From Bacteroidaceae bacterium (GTDB lineage: Bacteria > Bacteroidota > Bacteroidia > Bacteroidales > Bacteroidaceae): a stretch of DNA of 64,000 nt. The stretch is taken from assembly GCA_900770655.1 (NCBI GenBank), contig CAAGLA010000034.1:84351-148350 (forward strand). Reading direction: 5' to 3'. Positions 44,056 through 52,314 of the stretch are shown piece after piece; within the stretch, counting starts at the first letter, position 1, and each line of letters opens with the position of its first letter. The notes below the pieces were generated by a model that worked only from the letters and a program-made list of their open reading frames with translations, did no database searches and was not told the origin of the DNA. The translations under genes and the position numbers were made by a program.

Positions 44056-45414
44056 ATGAAAAGGTTAATGTCATTATTGTTGATGCTCTCTCCTTTGGCA
44101 GTTTTTGCGCAGGTAGACGATATCTATTTTGTGCCCGAAAGAGAGACGAGAGTTCTTGTTGTAAGAAGTACAGAAGAGGCATATTTTGTCGACGCCGATG
44201 AACTCGAAAGTGAAACAGAACTGGTAGAACCTGTCTATGACGAGGTTGAAACCGAAGCCTATTTCACAAACGACCTCGATGTCATATATGACGAGGATTA
44301 CCGCTTCTCTTCGCGTATAGTCCGTTTCCGCTCCCCCGGCAGGCTGCTGACAAGCAACCTCTATTGGGGCTTGCACTACGATTGCGGAATAAACGACTGG
44401 CTGGTATACGACAACGGCTATACAATAGATATCTATCCAACGTCGGTAAATCCTCTTTACTGGGCAAGCAGCTGGAGCTACGCTTCGTATAATTATTGGA
44501 ACTGGCATTCATATTATCGCCCGCACTATTGGTACGACGATTATTGGTATTGCCACTCTCCACACCATTGGTACGACGATTACTACTGGCACAACAATCA
44601 CTATTGGGGACACAACCACTATTATGGTCACAATGACCGTTGGGCTCACTCAATACCTACAAACGGTTCTGTAAGCGGCAGGCACAACAGAGAATACAAT
44701 ATAGCACCTCCCCGTAATCCAAACCGTGGTAGGCCATCGTCGAGCACTGTTGTGGGCGGCCGCGGAGACAGAGACAACAATGCCGGCGGTGAAGGCGTAG
44801 GCCGCAGACCAATGAACGACCGTAACAATAATGCGGTAGCCGGTACAGCCGGCAACCGTCCGGGAGGCGACAATGGCGCAGGGCGCAGGCCAAGTACAAG
44901 CCGTGAAAACATTGTGCAATCGGGAAACACAGGAGCATCTGCGGGCAATGGCCGAGAAAACGGTGTCCGTCGCCAGCCAAGCACGAGCCGTAGCAACAGT
45001 TCATCATCGGTGGAGAGTACAAGTTCGTCAACACGTACCGGCCGCGAAAACGGTGTCCGTCGTCAGCCAAGTACAAGTCGCGGCAATAACTCCCGCGTAG
45101 GTACCACAACCGAGCGTCAAAACCGTAATACCTCTGTCAGGAGCAACAACGAGCGTCGCCAGAACAGTTCCGTATCAGGGCGTAGCAACAGCAGTTCGCG
45201 CAGCAGCTACAGCAACAGCTCATCGGGCAGGAGCAGCAGGCCAAGCAGTACAAGTGTAACACGTACAGGAGGTTCCTCTTCCTCGCGCAGTTCAATGAGA
45301 AGCAGTTCCGGTTCTTCTTCACGCAGTAGCGGCAGTTCGCGCAGCAGCAGCGGTGGTGGCGGTTCGCGCAGCAGCGGTGGCGGCAGTTCACGCAGCAGCG
45401 GTGGCAGGCGTTAA
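44056..45414 (+). CDS. Secreted low-complexity protein of unknown function (acidic region / Trp-Tyr-His-rich core / Arg-Ser-Gly-Asn-rich tail)
   Basis: Signal peptide MKRLMSLLLMLSPLAVFAQ. Acidic segment EEAYFVDADELESETELVEPVYDEVETEAYF. Aromatic core ...YNYWNWHSYYRPHYWYDDYWYCHSPHHWYDDYYWHNNHYWGHNHYYGHNDRW. The ~245-aa tail has almost no hydrophobic residues and ends SSRSSGSSRSSSGGGGSRSSGGGSSRSSGGRR. Only short shadow ORFs lie on the opposite strand. Confidence 0.75.
   Translation: MKRLMSLLLMLSPLAVFAQVDDIYFVPERETRVLVVRSTEEAYFVDADELESETELVEPVYDEVETEAYFTNDLDVIYDEDYRFSSRIVRFRSPGRLLTSNLYWGLHYDCGINDWLVYDNGYTIDIYPTSVNPLYWASSWSYASYNYWNWHSYYRPHYWYDDYWYCHSPHHWYDDYYWHNNHYWGHNHYYGHNDRWAHSIPTNGSVSGRHNREYNIAPPRNPNRGRPSSSTVVGGRGDRDNNAGGEGVGRRPMNDRNNNAVAGTAGNRPGGDNGAGRRPSTSRENIVQSGNTGASAGNGRENGVRRQPSTSRSNSSSSVESTSSSTRTGRENGVRRQPSTSRGNNSRVGTTTERQNRNTSVRSNNERRQNSSVSGRSNSSSRSSYSNSSSGRSSRPSSTSVTRTGGSSSSRSSMRSSSGSSSRSSGSSRSSSGGGGSRSSGGGSSRSSGGRR
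44950..45087 (+). repeat. Two ~48-nt near-identical units 90 nt apart (encode GRENGVRRQPSTSR), with a third degenerate copy at ~44877-44912
   Basis: ggccgagaaaacggtgtccgtcgccagccaagcacgagccgtagcaac (44950) versus ggccgcgaaaacggtgtccgtcgtcagccaagtacaagtcgcggcaat (45040). A shorter 16-nt exact repeat ATTGGTACGACGATTA occurs at 44528 and 44567 (WYDDY). Confidence 0.85.
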
Positions 45415-45488
45415 GTTGCAGAAAATGGCTTAAAAGTATAATTCTGCATTGGCAAAACAAATATTACTAACTATAAAACAATTCGGCT

Positions 45489-47006
45489 ATGAAACGATAC
45501 ATATATACATTGTTGTTCTTGTTACCATTCACCCTTTGTGGTCAGAATATGTACAATTACTCCTCTTTTCTTGGCGATGACCTGACCGGTACTGCTCGTT
45601 TTGTTGGAATGGGCGGCTCTATGGGTGCCCTCGGCGGTGATATATCTGTAATGGGCGTGAATCCGGCAGGAACGGCTATATACAGAAGCAGCGATATATC
45701 CTATACAGGTAGTGTCGATTTCAACACAAACAAGGCTACATTCGGTTCCGATGTCGTTAAAAGCAAGAATACAAGGTTCTCCACCGAGAATATAGGCTTT
45801 GTTTTTGCCAACGAAACCGATGACAGCTTTGTAAAGTATTTCAATGTGGGTTTTTCTTATCGCCACAAGAACAATCTTTATGGGGAATTCGATGTCTGTG
45901 GTATATCGGACGGCTTCTCTCAGCAGTATACTATGGATTATCTATACAGGCAAAACCCATTTAATGCAGGTAACCTAAGCTATACAATGTACGAGGATTT
46001 CCTGTTTAGCTGGCTTTCGCTTCTGGGTGCCGAGGCTTCATTAAAGGATGATGCCGGTAATCTCTTTACCTACCCCGACGGGCTTGTTATATGGGAGCCT
46101 ACCGACTGGGGTTACTACAGCGAGGAGAGAGGCGGTGTAAATGAACTCGATTTTAACTTTTCAACCAATATAAAAGACAGGGTATATCTTGGTGCCACTA
46201 TAGGCGTTACAAATGTCGATTACAGCCGCTACTCATACTACTTTGAGGCCGATAACAACGGTGAGATATATTCACTCGTCAACGACTATAGCGTAGAGGG
46301 TACCGGTTTCAATATCAAGCTCGGTGCAATAATACGTCCGTTCAAATACTCTCCATTCAAGGTGGGTTTGTATGTACACACTCCTACTTGGTACGAACTG
46401 GAGAATATTTCATCGGCCTCTATTGCCGACCCGTATGGCAATGTTATAGATACCCGTGACTATGAACTATACAACGACGACCTTCGTGTAAAATGCAGTC
46501 TCTCTACACCGTGGCGTTTCGGTGCCTCAATGGCATATACTTTCGGCAAGTATCTTGCGCTCAATGCCGATTACGAATATTCCGATTTCTCTACTGCCGA
46601 GTTTACCAAGCATACTGCGGTTTCGAGAGCACAGACTGTGGAGATTGGCCGTAATATGGAGGCTCAGCACACGGTTCGTGTCGGTGCAGAGTTCAGTTTC
46701 GATGGCTTCAGTCTAAGAGCCGGTTACAGCAATGTGACGGCGCCGTTCAAGACAACTGCATACAAGGATATGGACAATGCTGCTGTAACAGAGACCTCTA
46801 CTGAATATATGAACCGTTATGATAAAGATGCCGTAACTCTTGGCTTTGGCTTGCGTGGCAGCGACTTCTATTTCGATATGGCCTATATGCTACAGCGTCA
46901 GGAATCGGATTTCTATCCCTACTATGATTACGAGGTCGTGAATCCTTGTGCAAAAGTAAAACACCTGAACCACTCTGTAATGGCAACAGTAGGTTTGCGC
47001 TTCTGA
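45489..47006 (+). CDS. Outer-membrane beta-barrel protein, FadL/TodX/PorV-like
   Basis: Signal peptide MKRYIYTLLFLLPFTLCGQ. The N-terminal motif GTARFVGMGGSMGALGGDISVMGVNPAG fits the FadL/OMPP1-like pattern. Alternating beta-strand sequence is followed by a terminal aromatic residue (...MATVGLRF). Confidence 0.75.
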   Translation: MKRYIYTLLFLLPFTLCGQNMYNYSSFLGDDLTGTARFVGMGGSMGALGGDISVMGVNPAGTAIYRSSDISYTGSVDFNTNKATFGSDVVKSKNTRFSTENIGFVFANETDDSFVKYFNVGFSYRHKNNLYGEFDVCGISDGFSQQYTMDYLYRQNPFNAGNLSYTMYEDFLFSWLSLLGAEASLKDDAGNLFTYPDGLVIWEPTDWGYYSEERGGVNELDFNFSTNIKDRVYLGATIGVTNVDYSRYSYYFEADNNGEIYSLVNDYSVEGTGFNIKLGAIIRPFKYSPFKVGLYVHTPTWYELENISSASIADPYGNVIDTRDYELYNDDLRVKCSLSTPWRFGASMAYTFGKYLALNADYEYSDFSTAEFTKHTAVSRAQTVEIGRNMEAQHTVRVGAEFSFDGFSLRAGYSNVTAPFKTTAYKDMDNAAVTETSTEYMNRYDKDAVTLGFGLRGSDFYFDMAYMLQRQESDFYPYYDYEVVNPCAKVKHLNHSVMATVGLRF

Positions 47007-47058
47007 TAAATGTAAAGAGACAGACAGTAATAATTCTCTTTATTTAACCTCACACCGG

Positions 47059-47096
47059 TAAGGTGGTGACCTAAAAGCAAAAAGGTCATCACCTTA
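47059..47096 (+). terminator. Rho-independent terminator after the beta-barrel gene (overlaps the stop of the convergent gene)
   Basis: TAAGGTGGTGACC-taaaagcaaaaa-GGTCATCACCTTA (13-bp stem with one G-T pair) followed by TTTCTTTCT. Confidence 0.65.
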
Positions 47097-48173
47097 TTTC
47101 TTTCTCCAGAAATTGAACCCGACATATATATTCAGAACGCCGAACCCGTTAAGTATGGAAAGAGCGCTTTTGCTGTAGGAATAAGTGTGGGACACAAGTG
47201 ATGCACCGGCATAGTACTTGCTGTTATTGTATACTATTGCAGCCCGTGTTATAAAATCGAAGTTTATACTCGATAGAAAATCCTTGCTGTTGGTTAGCCT
47301 GAACGATGTGTTCTTGTATCCTATGGCGGGAGTGAACGATATGTTCGCCAGCCAATCCTTCTTGAATACCCAGTTATAGCTGTAGCCGAAGTTTATGCTG
47401 AAATCCTTGTATTTTATATCGTTGAACTTCAGTTCGGGGCGTAAAAGTTCTTGAATCCGTATATCGAACTTTGTGTGGTCGAAAGAGAAGGACTGTTCGT
47501 TATAGCTCAGTCCAAGAATGAATGAACCTGCACTGATTCTCTGGTTTGTAGATTGGCTGTAGGCGGCCGGGTACGAGAATTTTTTGTTGTTGAATATGTA
47601 ATATATATTAAACCCCTTTTGCCGCACCGACAATCCGTCGAACCCGACAATATAATCTTCAATATCATTGCCATTTTCCTTAAAGCCGTTCAGCCGTTTT
47701 ATCTTGTAACCGTTGTCTCTTTTCCTGTAGAAGAGGTCTATGCCTAATTTCGCTGTGTAAAAGCTAAGGTTAATATCGGTCTGTGGCTTGCTGCCGCCCA
47801 AGTCTATACTGTACCCGAGAAAAATCCATCTCCACCCAAAGTAAAGTCCTATCTTGTTTTGGCTGTCGGGGCGCAGGGTAATGCTCTGCTCTCCCTCTTT
47901 CGACGAAAAGCGGTAGTACTCATAATAGTGTGAGTACTGCGGCATTATTGTGAAATTATAAAGGTTGGGCGAAATGTAGACGCTGTCTTTGGCATCGAGA
48001 TGTTCGTCTATGAAATGCCCGGTTTCTTCGAGAATTCCGCTTGTGTTGTCTACAATAAAGTCTGTCAGCGAGAAATTGTTTCCGCTGCCATTCTCTTGTG
48101 CTGTAGTCTTAATTGAGATAAAGGCCGCAATCAACAAAAGAAATACTCTTGAACACAACTTTCCGGTATTCAT
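47094..48173 (-). CDS. Putative outer-membrane beta-barrel protein (DUF4421-like)
   Basis: Signal peptide ...LLLIAAFISIKTTAQ. 359 aa, rich in alternating aromatic/aliphatic beta-strand patterns (GIDLFYRK, GFNIYYIF, SINFGYSYNWVF). The DUF4421 assignment is from memory only. Confidence 0.6.
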   Translation of the reverse strand: MNTGKLCSRVFLLLIAAFISIKTTAQENGSGNNFSLTDFIVDNTSGILEETGHFIDEHLDAKDSVYISPNLYNFTIMPQYSHYYEYYRFSSKEGEQSITLRPDSQNKIGLYFGWRWIFLGYSIDLGGSKPQTDINLSFYTAKLGIDLFYRKRDNGYKIKRLNGFKENGNDIEDYIVGFDGLSVRQKGFNIYYIFNNKKFSYPAAYSQSTNQRISAGSFILGLSYNEQSFSFDHTKFDIRIQELLRPELKFNDIKYKDFSINFGYSYNWVFKKDWLANISFTPAIGYKNTSFRLTNSKDFLSSINFDFITRAAIVYNNSKYYAGASLVSHTYSYSKSALSILNGFGVLNIYVGFNFWRKK

Positions 48174-48187
48174 TGCTCTTCTTCCAC

Positions 48188-49168
48188 TTATAGAATCTTG
48201 CCCAGAATCTTGTCCAGAACCCAGTTGGTTGGTGTAGCGCTAATGCTGTCGCAACTGCAGTTGCCCTTGTGTTGAAGGTGCTCTACAATGTTGCGTATAA
48301 GTGGCAATTGAACGTATGGCGGGTTGGGAATGTTGAACGATGTTACTCCATCTTCGTTGCGCAGCTCTATTGGCTCAAAGGTGAATACAGAGAATTTTAT
48401 TGTTCCCTTGCTGCCAAAAATCTCAATATGGTCCTCTTTCGACGACTCGTCGGACACAAAGCACCAAGAGCCTGAGCCGGGAATCCCTGTCTCGAATTTA
48501 AAGCAGGCGCTGACAGTGTCTTCGGCCTTGTAGAGCCCGCCTCTGTTTGCTGTGTATCCTTCGGCATAGAGTATGCAGCCGAACATCTCTTGAAGCAGGT
48601 CTATCTGGTGTGGTGCGAGGTCGTAGAAATATCCGCCTCCGGCAATGTCCGGTATAACTCTCCACGGGAGATTATCCCTGTTATAGTCGAGGTCGCGTGG
48701 CGGCACCGAAAATCTTATCTGAACGTTAAGCACATTGCCTATCTGCGGGAGAATCTCCTTTACCTTTTGGAAATATGGCAGGTAGCGTCGGTAGTATGCC
48801 ACAAAGCAGGGAACACCGGTCTCTTTAGATATTCTGTTTATTCTTGTACAGTCTTCGTAACTGGCTGCAAGAGGCTTTTCTACATATACAGGTTTGCCGG
48901 CCTTCATTGCCATAATTGCAAATGTGGCGTGCGACGAAGGCGGTGTTGCTATGTACACGGCGTTAACATCGGGGTCGTCTATGAGTGCCTGTGCGTCGGT
49001 GTACCAGTGCGAAATATTATGCCTTTTGGCATAGTCTCTGGTCTTTTCCTTGTCGCGTCCCATAACTGCGACAACCTCAGAACCCTTGACAAGAGGAAAC
49101 GCTGGGCCGCTTTTCTTTTCAGTAGCCTCGCCACATCCAATGAAGCCCCATTTAACAGTCATATTCAT
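48188..49168 (-). CDS. Gfo/Idh/MocA-family NAD(P)-dependent oxidoreductase
   Basis: N-terminal Rossmann fold VKWGFIGCGEATEKKSGPAF, the EKP motif (VYVEKPLA), and no signal peptide. 326 aa. Confidence 0.85.
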   Translation of the reverse strand: MNMTVKWGFIGCGEATEKKSGPAFPLVKGSEVVAVMGRDKEKTRDYAKRHNISHWYTDAQALIDDPDVNAVYIATPPSSHATFAIMAMKAGKPVYVEKPLAASYEDCTRINRISKETGVPCFVAYYRRYLPYFQKVKEILPQIGNVLNVQIRFSVPPRDLDYNRDNLPWRVIPDIAGGGYFYDLAPHQIDLLQEMFGCILYAEGYTANRGGLYKAEDTVSACFKFETGIPGSGSWCFVSDESSKEDHIEIFGSKGTIKFSVFTFEPIELRNEDGVTSFNIPNPPYVQLPLIRNIVEHLQHKGNCSCDSISATPTNWVLDKILGKIL

Positions 49169-49190
49169 ATCTCAGGGATTTAGCAGCTTC

Positions 49191-51272
49191 TTAATTGTAA
49201 AAATTCCACGATAGGCCGAACCATAGTACAGCCGGTGCAACAGGGTAGTGTGGGGCGAGGAAATAGTTCATCTTGCCGGTACCTTCGTTGACGTGGCTGT
49301 ATTTTACATAGAATCGGGTCTGTTTCAAAAGGAAGTTTGCGTAAACGCTTGTGAAAGGGTAGTTGCCTATCTTTACCTTCTCTCCCGGGTTCTGCAGTAC
49401 AAACTGTCCAAGCGCGGGTGAGTAGTCGGGTGCATAGTACTCCGTGAAATACCTGACATCGGCTCCAAGCTCTGTGTTCAGCACTTTGGCTATCTTGAAC
49501 TTGATGAACACGTTGGCATATAGGTTCAAATCGGGCAGGGGCAGAATATCCTCGTTGCTGCTATGCTGGTATGTAACTTCTGTATTAATATTCAGAATTC
49601 CGAACTTGAAATCCTGTTTCAACTGTGCCGAAAATACTTGTATGTTATCCTTTTCTTGTTCTACATTGAGCCTGCTGGAATAGTTCTTTGTGCCGGGCAG
49701 GTTTATAGAATTGTTGGCAATGTATGTGTAGTTCTTTATATTCTCGAACCCTACACTCAACACAGTCCTCCACGATGGTATCTCCAGTGTTCCGCCTATG
49801 CGTGTCTTGAATTCCTTGTCGAGGTCGTTGTTCCACCAGTAGTGCTCGGAGTGGTAGTGACGATAGTAGAACGATGGCAGGTTGTTCTTAATGAAGGCAT
49901 TTGCCGAAAGCTTTATATCCCTGTTCCATAGGTTTAACTTAAGGTGAGCATCGCCTTGCAGGGAGAATGAACCTATATAGTCGCCGCCAATGGCAGTCTC
50001 TCCTTCAATCTTGTATTGCAGCGCCTCATTCTCCTTGCTCTCTATGATGCCGCCCACAGAGAAAATGTGCTCACCATATTTCTTGCGGTATTCGCTGTTG
50101 CTGTTGCCGGGAATGGTGTCGGGCAGGGTATATCTGTCATATCTGTACGAAGCGTATGCTGTAACATCGGCAAATGCCCAGCGGCTGAATCCTTCGCAAA
50201 GTGACAGGGATAAGCGGTTTTCTATAGATAGATGTTTGGTGTTGTCTACAGAATCGTATGGCAGGAATGTGTCGGCGTAATATCCTTTATTGTTCTTGTG
50301 GCTTATGAACTCGCGTGCGTTATGGCTGACATTTGCAGTGTGGGTTATTCGTGCAACACGAACAAATTCCCTTTCGAGCGAGTCTGTAGCGAGTTCACTG
50401 CTGTCGGAAACGGTATTGTTGCGGTAGAAGCCTAAATTGTAATTGTGTGTAAAGAAAAGTTCGTACAGGTCGTTACGGTTCCAAGCCCCTTCGAGCCTGA
50501 CAGGTATATCTGCTGTTCCGAAGTTGCTGTTCGACCCGTCTGTCTCTTCGGGGCGTGTTATGTAGCGGTCATCTGTTATTCCTCCATTCTCGGTCTGCTT
50601 CATATGGTAGCGGCTTGCCAAAAGGTGGTAGTTGTACCTGTCGCTTCTGTAGAACGAGAATAGCGAAAAGTTCATTTGTGAACCGGCTTGGTTGTCGTAT
50701 CTTCCGCGTGCATACAGGTAGTCGAAAAGAAATCCTGCGCCGAAATGTTTGCCGGCATTGGTCGAAAAATATGCCCTGAAACGGTCGTCACCGTCTACCT
50801 TGTTGCCCGAAGAGTGGTAGCTGAGATTGGTATATGGCGATTTCGTATCGGTAAAGAAGAATTCGTCGGGTGCGGTATAGAAATAGTCGTATGGCTGCAG
50901 AAAATCGAATGTGGTGTTTGTGGGGCGGTTGAAAAATATTCTTGTTTGGCGCGGCGTGCCCATATTGCCCAAGAAATTATATTCCCCGTTTACACCTTCG
51001 GTAAGATGCCAGTTCTGGAACAGGTGCTGCAGCGTGTCGGCATTTACCGGAATTACCTCACCAAACTTTTCGCCAACCCTCCATTGGTGTATCTCCATAG
51101 GTACTTTCAGTTCAACGCTGTTTGAATCCTTCTTGTTGTCTCTGAAAGGGCTGAATGTCTCTCCGCTGCCAAAACCGCTGCTTTGGCTGCCTTCGAGCTG
51201 GTGTTGTTGCAATACCTGTGCACTTGCGGCAAAAGGTAGTAGTGTTAAAGCCAGTAGTAGTAACTTTTTCAT
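49191..51272 (-). CDS. Large outer-membrane beta-barrel (putative porin, Porin_10/DUF4289-like)
   Basis: Signal peptide MKKLLLLALTLLPFAASAQ. 693 aa, Tyr/Asn/Phe-rich with amphipathic beta-strands throughout, and the terminal strand ...LWFGLSWNFYN. The family name is tentative. Confidence 0.7.
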   Translation of the reverse strand: MKKLLLLALTLLPFAASAQVLQQHQLEGSQSSGFGSGETFSPFRDNKKDSNSVELKVPMEIHQWRVGEKFGEVIPVNADTLQHLFQNWHLTEGVNGEYNFLGNMGTPRQTRIFFNRPTNTTFDFLQPYDYFYTAPDEFFFTDTKSPYTNLSYHSSGNKVDGDDRFRAYFSTNAGKHFGAGFLFDYLYARGRYDNQAGSQMNFSLFSFYRSDRYNYHLLASRYHMKQTENGGITDDRYITRPEETDGSNSNFGTADIPVRLEGAWNRNDLYELFFTHNYNLGFYRNNTVSDSSELATDSLEREFVRVARITHTANVSHNAREFISHKNNKGYYADTFLPYDSVDNTKHLSIENRLSLSLCEGFSRWAFADVTAYASYRYDRYTLPDTIPGNSNSEYRKKYGEHIFSVGGIIESKENEALQYKIEGETAIGGDYIGSFSLQGDAHLKLNLWNRDIKLSANAFIKNNLPSFYYRHYHSEHYWWNNDLDKEFKTRIGGTLEIPSWRTVLSVGFENIKNYTYIANNSINLPGTKNYSSRLNVEQEKDNIQVFSAQLKQDFKFGILNINTEVTYQHSSNEDILPLPDLNLYANVFIKFKIAKVLNTELGADVRYFTEYYAPDYSPALGQFVLQNPGEKVKIGNYPFTSVYANFLLKQTRFYVKYSHVNEGTGKMNYFLAPHYPVAPAVLWFGLSWNFYN

Positions 51273-51301
51273 TATTGTAGCTAAACCGCTTGTGTGCAGT
51301 G

Positions 51302-51466
51302 TCAGTTAATGAATCGGAGTATAAAGTCTATAACCTTAATAGCCAAGGCTGTGAAGCCTGTATAGAAGAACAGGTTGCTGTCGGCTATGTATAGGACAAC
51401 TGTGGCAAGCGTTCCTATAAGGAACAGAATGTTCAGTATATTCCTTATTCCGTCAAATCTCTTCAT
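51302..51466 (-). CDS. Small (54 aa) predicted two-TM membrane protein, below the ORF-track size cutoff
   Basis: The minus-strand ATG 51466 to TGA 51304-51302 encodes MKRFDGIRNILNILFLIGTLATVVLYIADSNLFFYTGFTALAIKVIDFILRFIN. It fills the gap between the stop at 51475 and the porin start at 51272, in the same orientation. Confidence 0.55.
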   Translation of the reverse strand: MKRFDGIRNILNILFLIGTLATVVLYIADSNLFFYTGFTALAIKVIDFILRFIN

Positions 51467-51474
51467 ACGCCTAA

Positions 51475-52068
51475 TCAGTTGTTATTCAGGTATGCAGCAA
51501 GTTCTTCTACAAGCTGGTTCTTGAGGTCTATTGTCTTACGGCGGAACTTGCCTTCAAATCTCTTGAGTGAGCCGTTATCCTTGAATGCGTTGTCGTCGGT
51601 AATCCACTCTTCGGCCTTCATTCTTATACCGCCTTTTTCGTCTTCATCGTCGTACCAATAGGTTATGCGCGAAAGGTTGAACCTGCAAATCCCGTCTTCG
51701 GCTGTAATGGTGAGGAAATAGTACATTCTGGCTCTGCTCAGAACAAAAAAGGTGTTCTTGAAGGTTATGTACTCCTCGCCTTTAATTATTACACTGTCGC
51801 TGCTCTCATTGCTGTAGTGCTTTACCGAGATGACAGTAGGCTCCACATATCTTTCGGCAACCCACAAGCGTGTTTTTGCAACAATCTCATCGGCGGTAAG
51901 TCCTTCGGCCGGTATTCTCTCTTCAAATGTAACCTTCCCGTTTACAACCGGTACATTCCCGACTGCATATTCAGCCTCTACGCTTCTGTTTCTACGGCCG
52001 AAGAGCTGTGCATCGGCTGCCCCGGCAAGCAAGAATATAGCTATTGAAAACAACAAGAATCTTTTCAT
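51475..52068 (-). CDS. Secreted DUF4468-like (TBP-like fold) protein
   Basis: ATG 52068 gives the signal peptide MKRFLLFSIAIFLLAGAADAQ. Segments VVNGKVTFEERIPAEGLTADEI and YFLTITAEDGICRFNLSRITYWYD resemble DUF4468 as I recall it. Confidence 0.6.
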   Translation of the reverse strand: MKRFLLFSIAIFLLAGAADAQLFGRRNRSVEAEYAVGNVPVVNGKVTFEERIPAEGLTADEIVAKTRLWVAERYVEPTVISVKHYSNESSDSVIIKGEEYITFKNTFFVLSRARMYYFLTITAEDGICRFNLSRITYWYDDEDEKGGIRMKAEEWITDDNAFKDNGSLKRFEGKFRRKTIDLKNQLVEELAAYLNNN

Positions 52069-52116
52069 AATCTTAAGTATTATCTGTAATAATATAATAT
52101 TTCTGCGAAGATAATA

Positions 52117-52124
52117 CAAAAGTA
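52117..52124 (-). promoter_or_regulatory. Candidate -7 promoter box (TACTTTTG on the minus strand) for the 52068-47094 operon
   Basis: The + strand reads CAAAAGTA, which lies 49 nt upstream of ATG 52068 on the minus strand. Confidence 0.45.
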
Positions 52125-52249
52125 AAAAGAAAACAAGACAAAAACGTTCTCTAACTATTACTTTAACGTTATAATCCGCACTATAGGCAATTGCCCGGTT
52201 CGCTTTTCAAAAAAGCAGGCATATTTTTGCTATTACACGCAGATTATAT

Positions 52250-52257
52250 TAATTTTG
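52250..52257 (+). promoter_or_regulatory. Candidate -7 promoter box (TAATTTTG) for the PASTA-rluD genes
   Basis: Exact TAnnTTTG match 58 nt upstream of ATG 52315. A second match, TATTTTTG, lies at 52222-52229. Confidence 0.4.
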
Positions 52258-52314
52258 CGGTTAATAATGCGCAGTTCTGTCTGCCTAAGATGTTACATAT
52301 AACCCGCTGCAGGT

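Noticed and set aside
44056-45414. The elevated GC of the RS-tail gene as evidence of horizontal acquisition
   Set aside because: The composition shift is explained by the amino-acid bias (Arg/Ser/Gly codons). The flanks are ordinary, and there is no integrase, tRNA or direct-repeat boundary.
44074-45460. Several 89-150-aa minus-strand ORFs opposite the RS-tail gene
   Set aside because: The repetitive AGC/CGC/GGC codons of the + strand gene keep the opposite frames open by chance. The + frame has a proper promoter box, a signal peptide and a terminator context.
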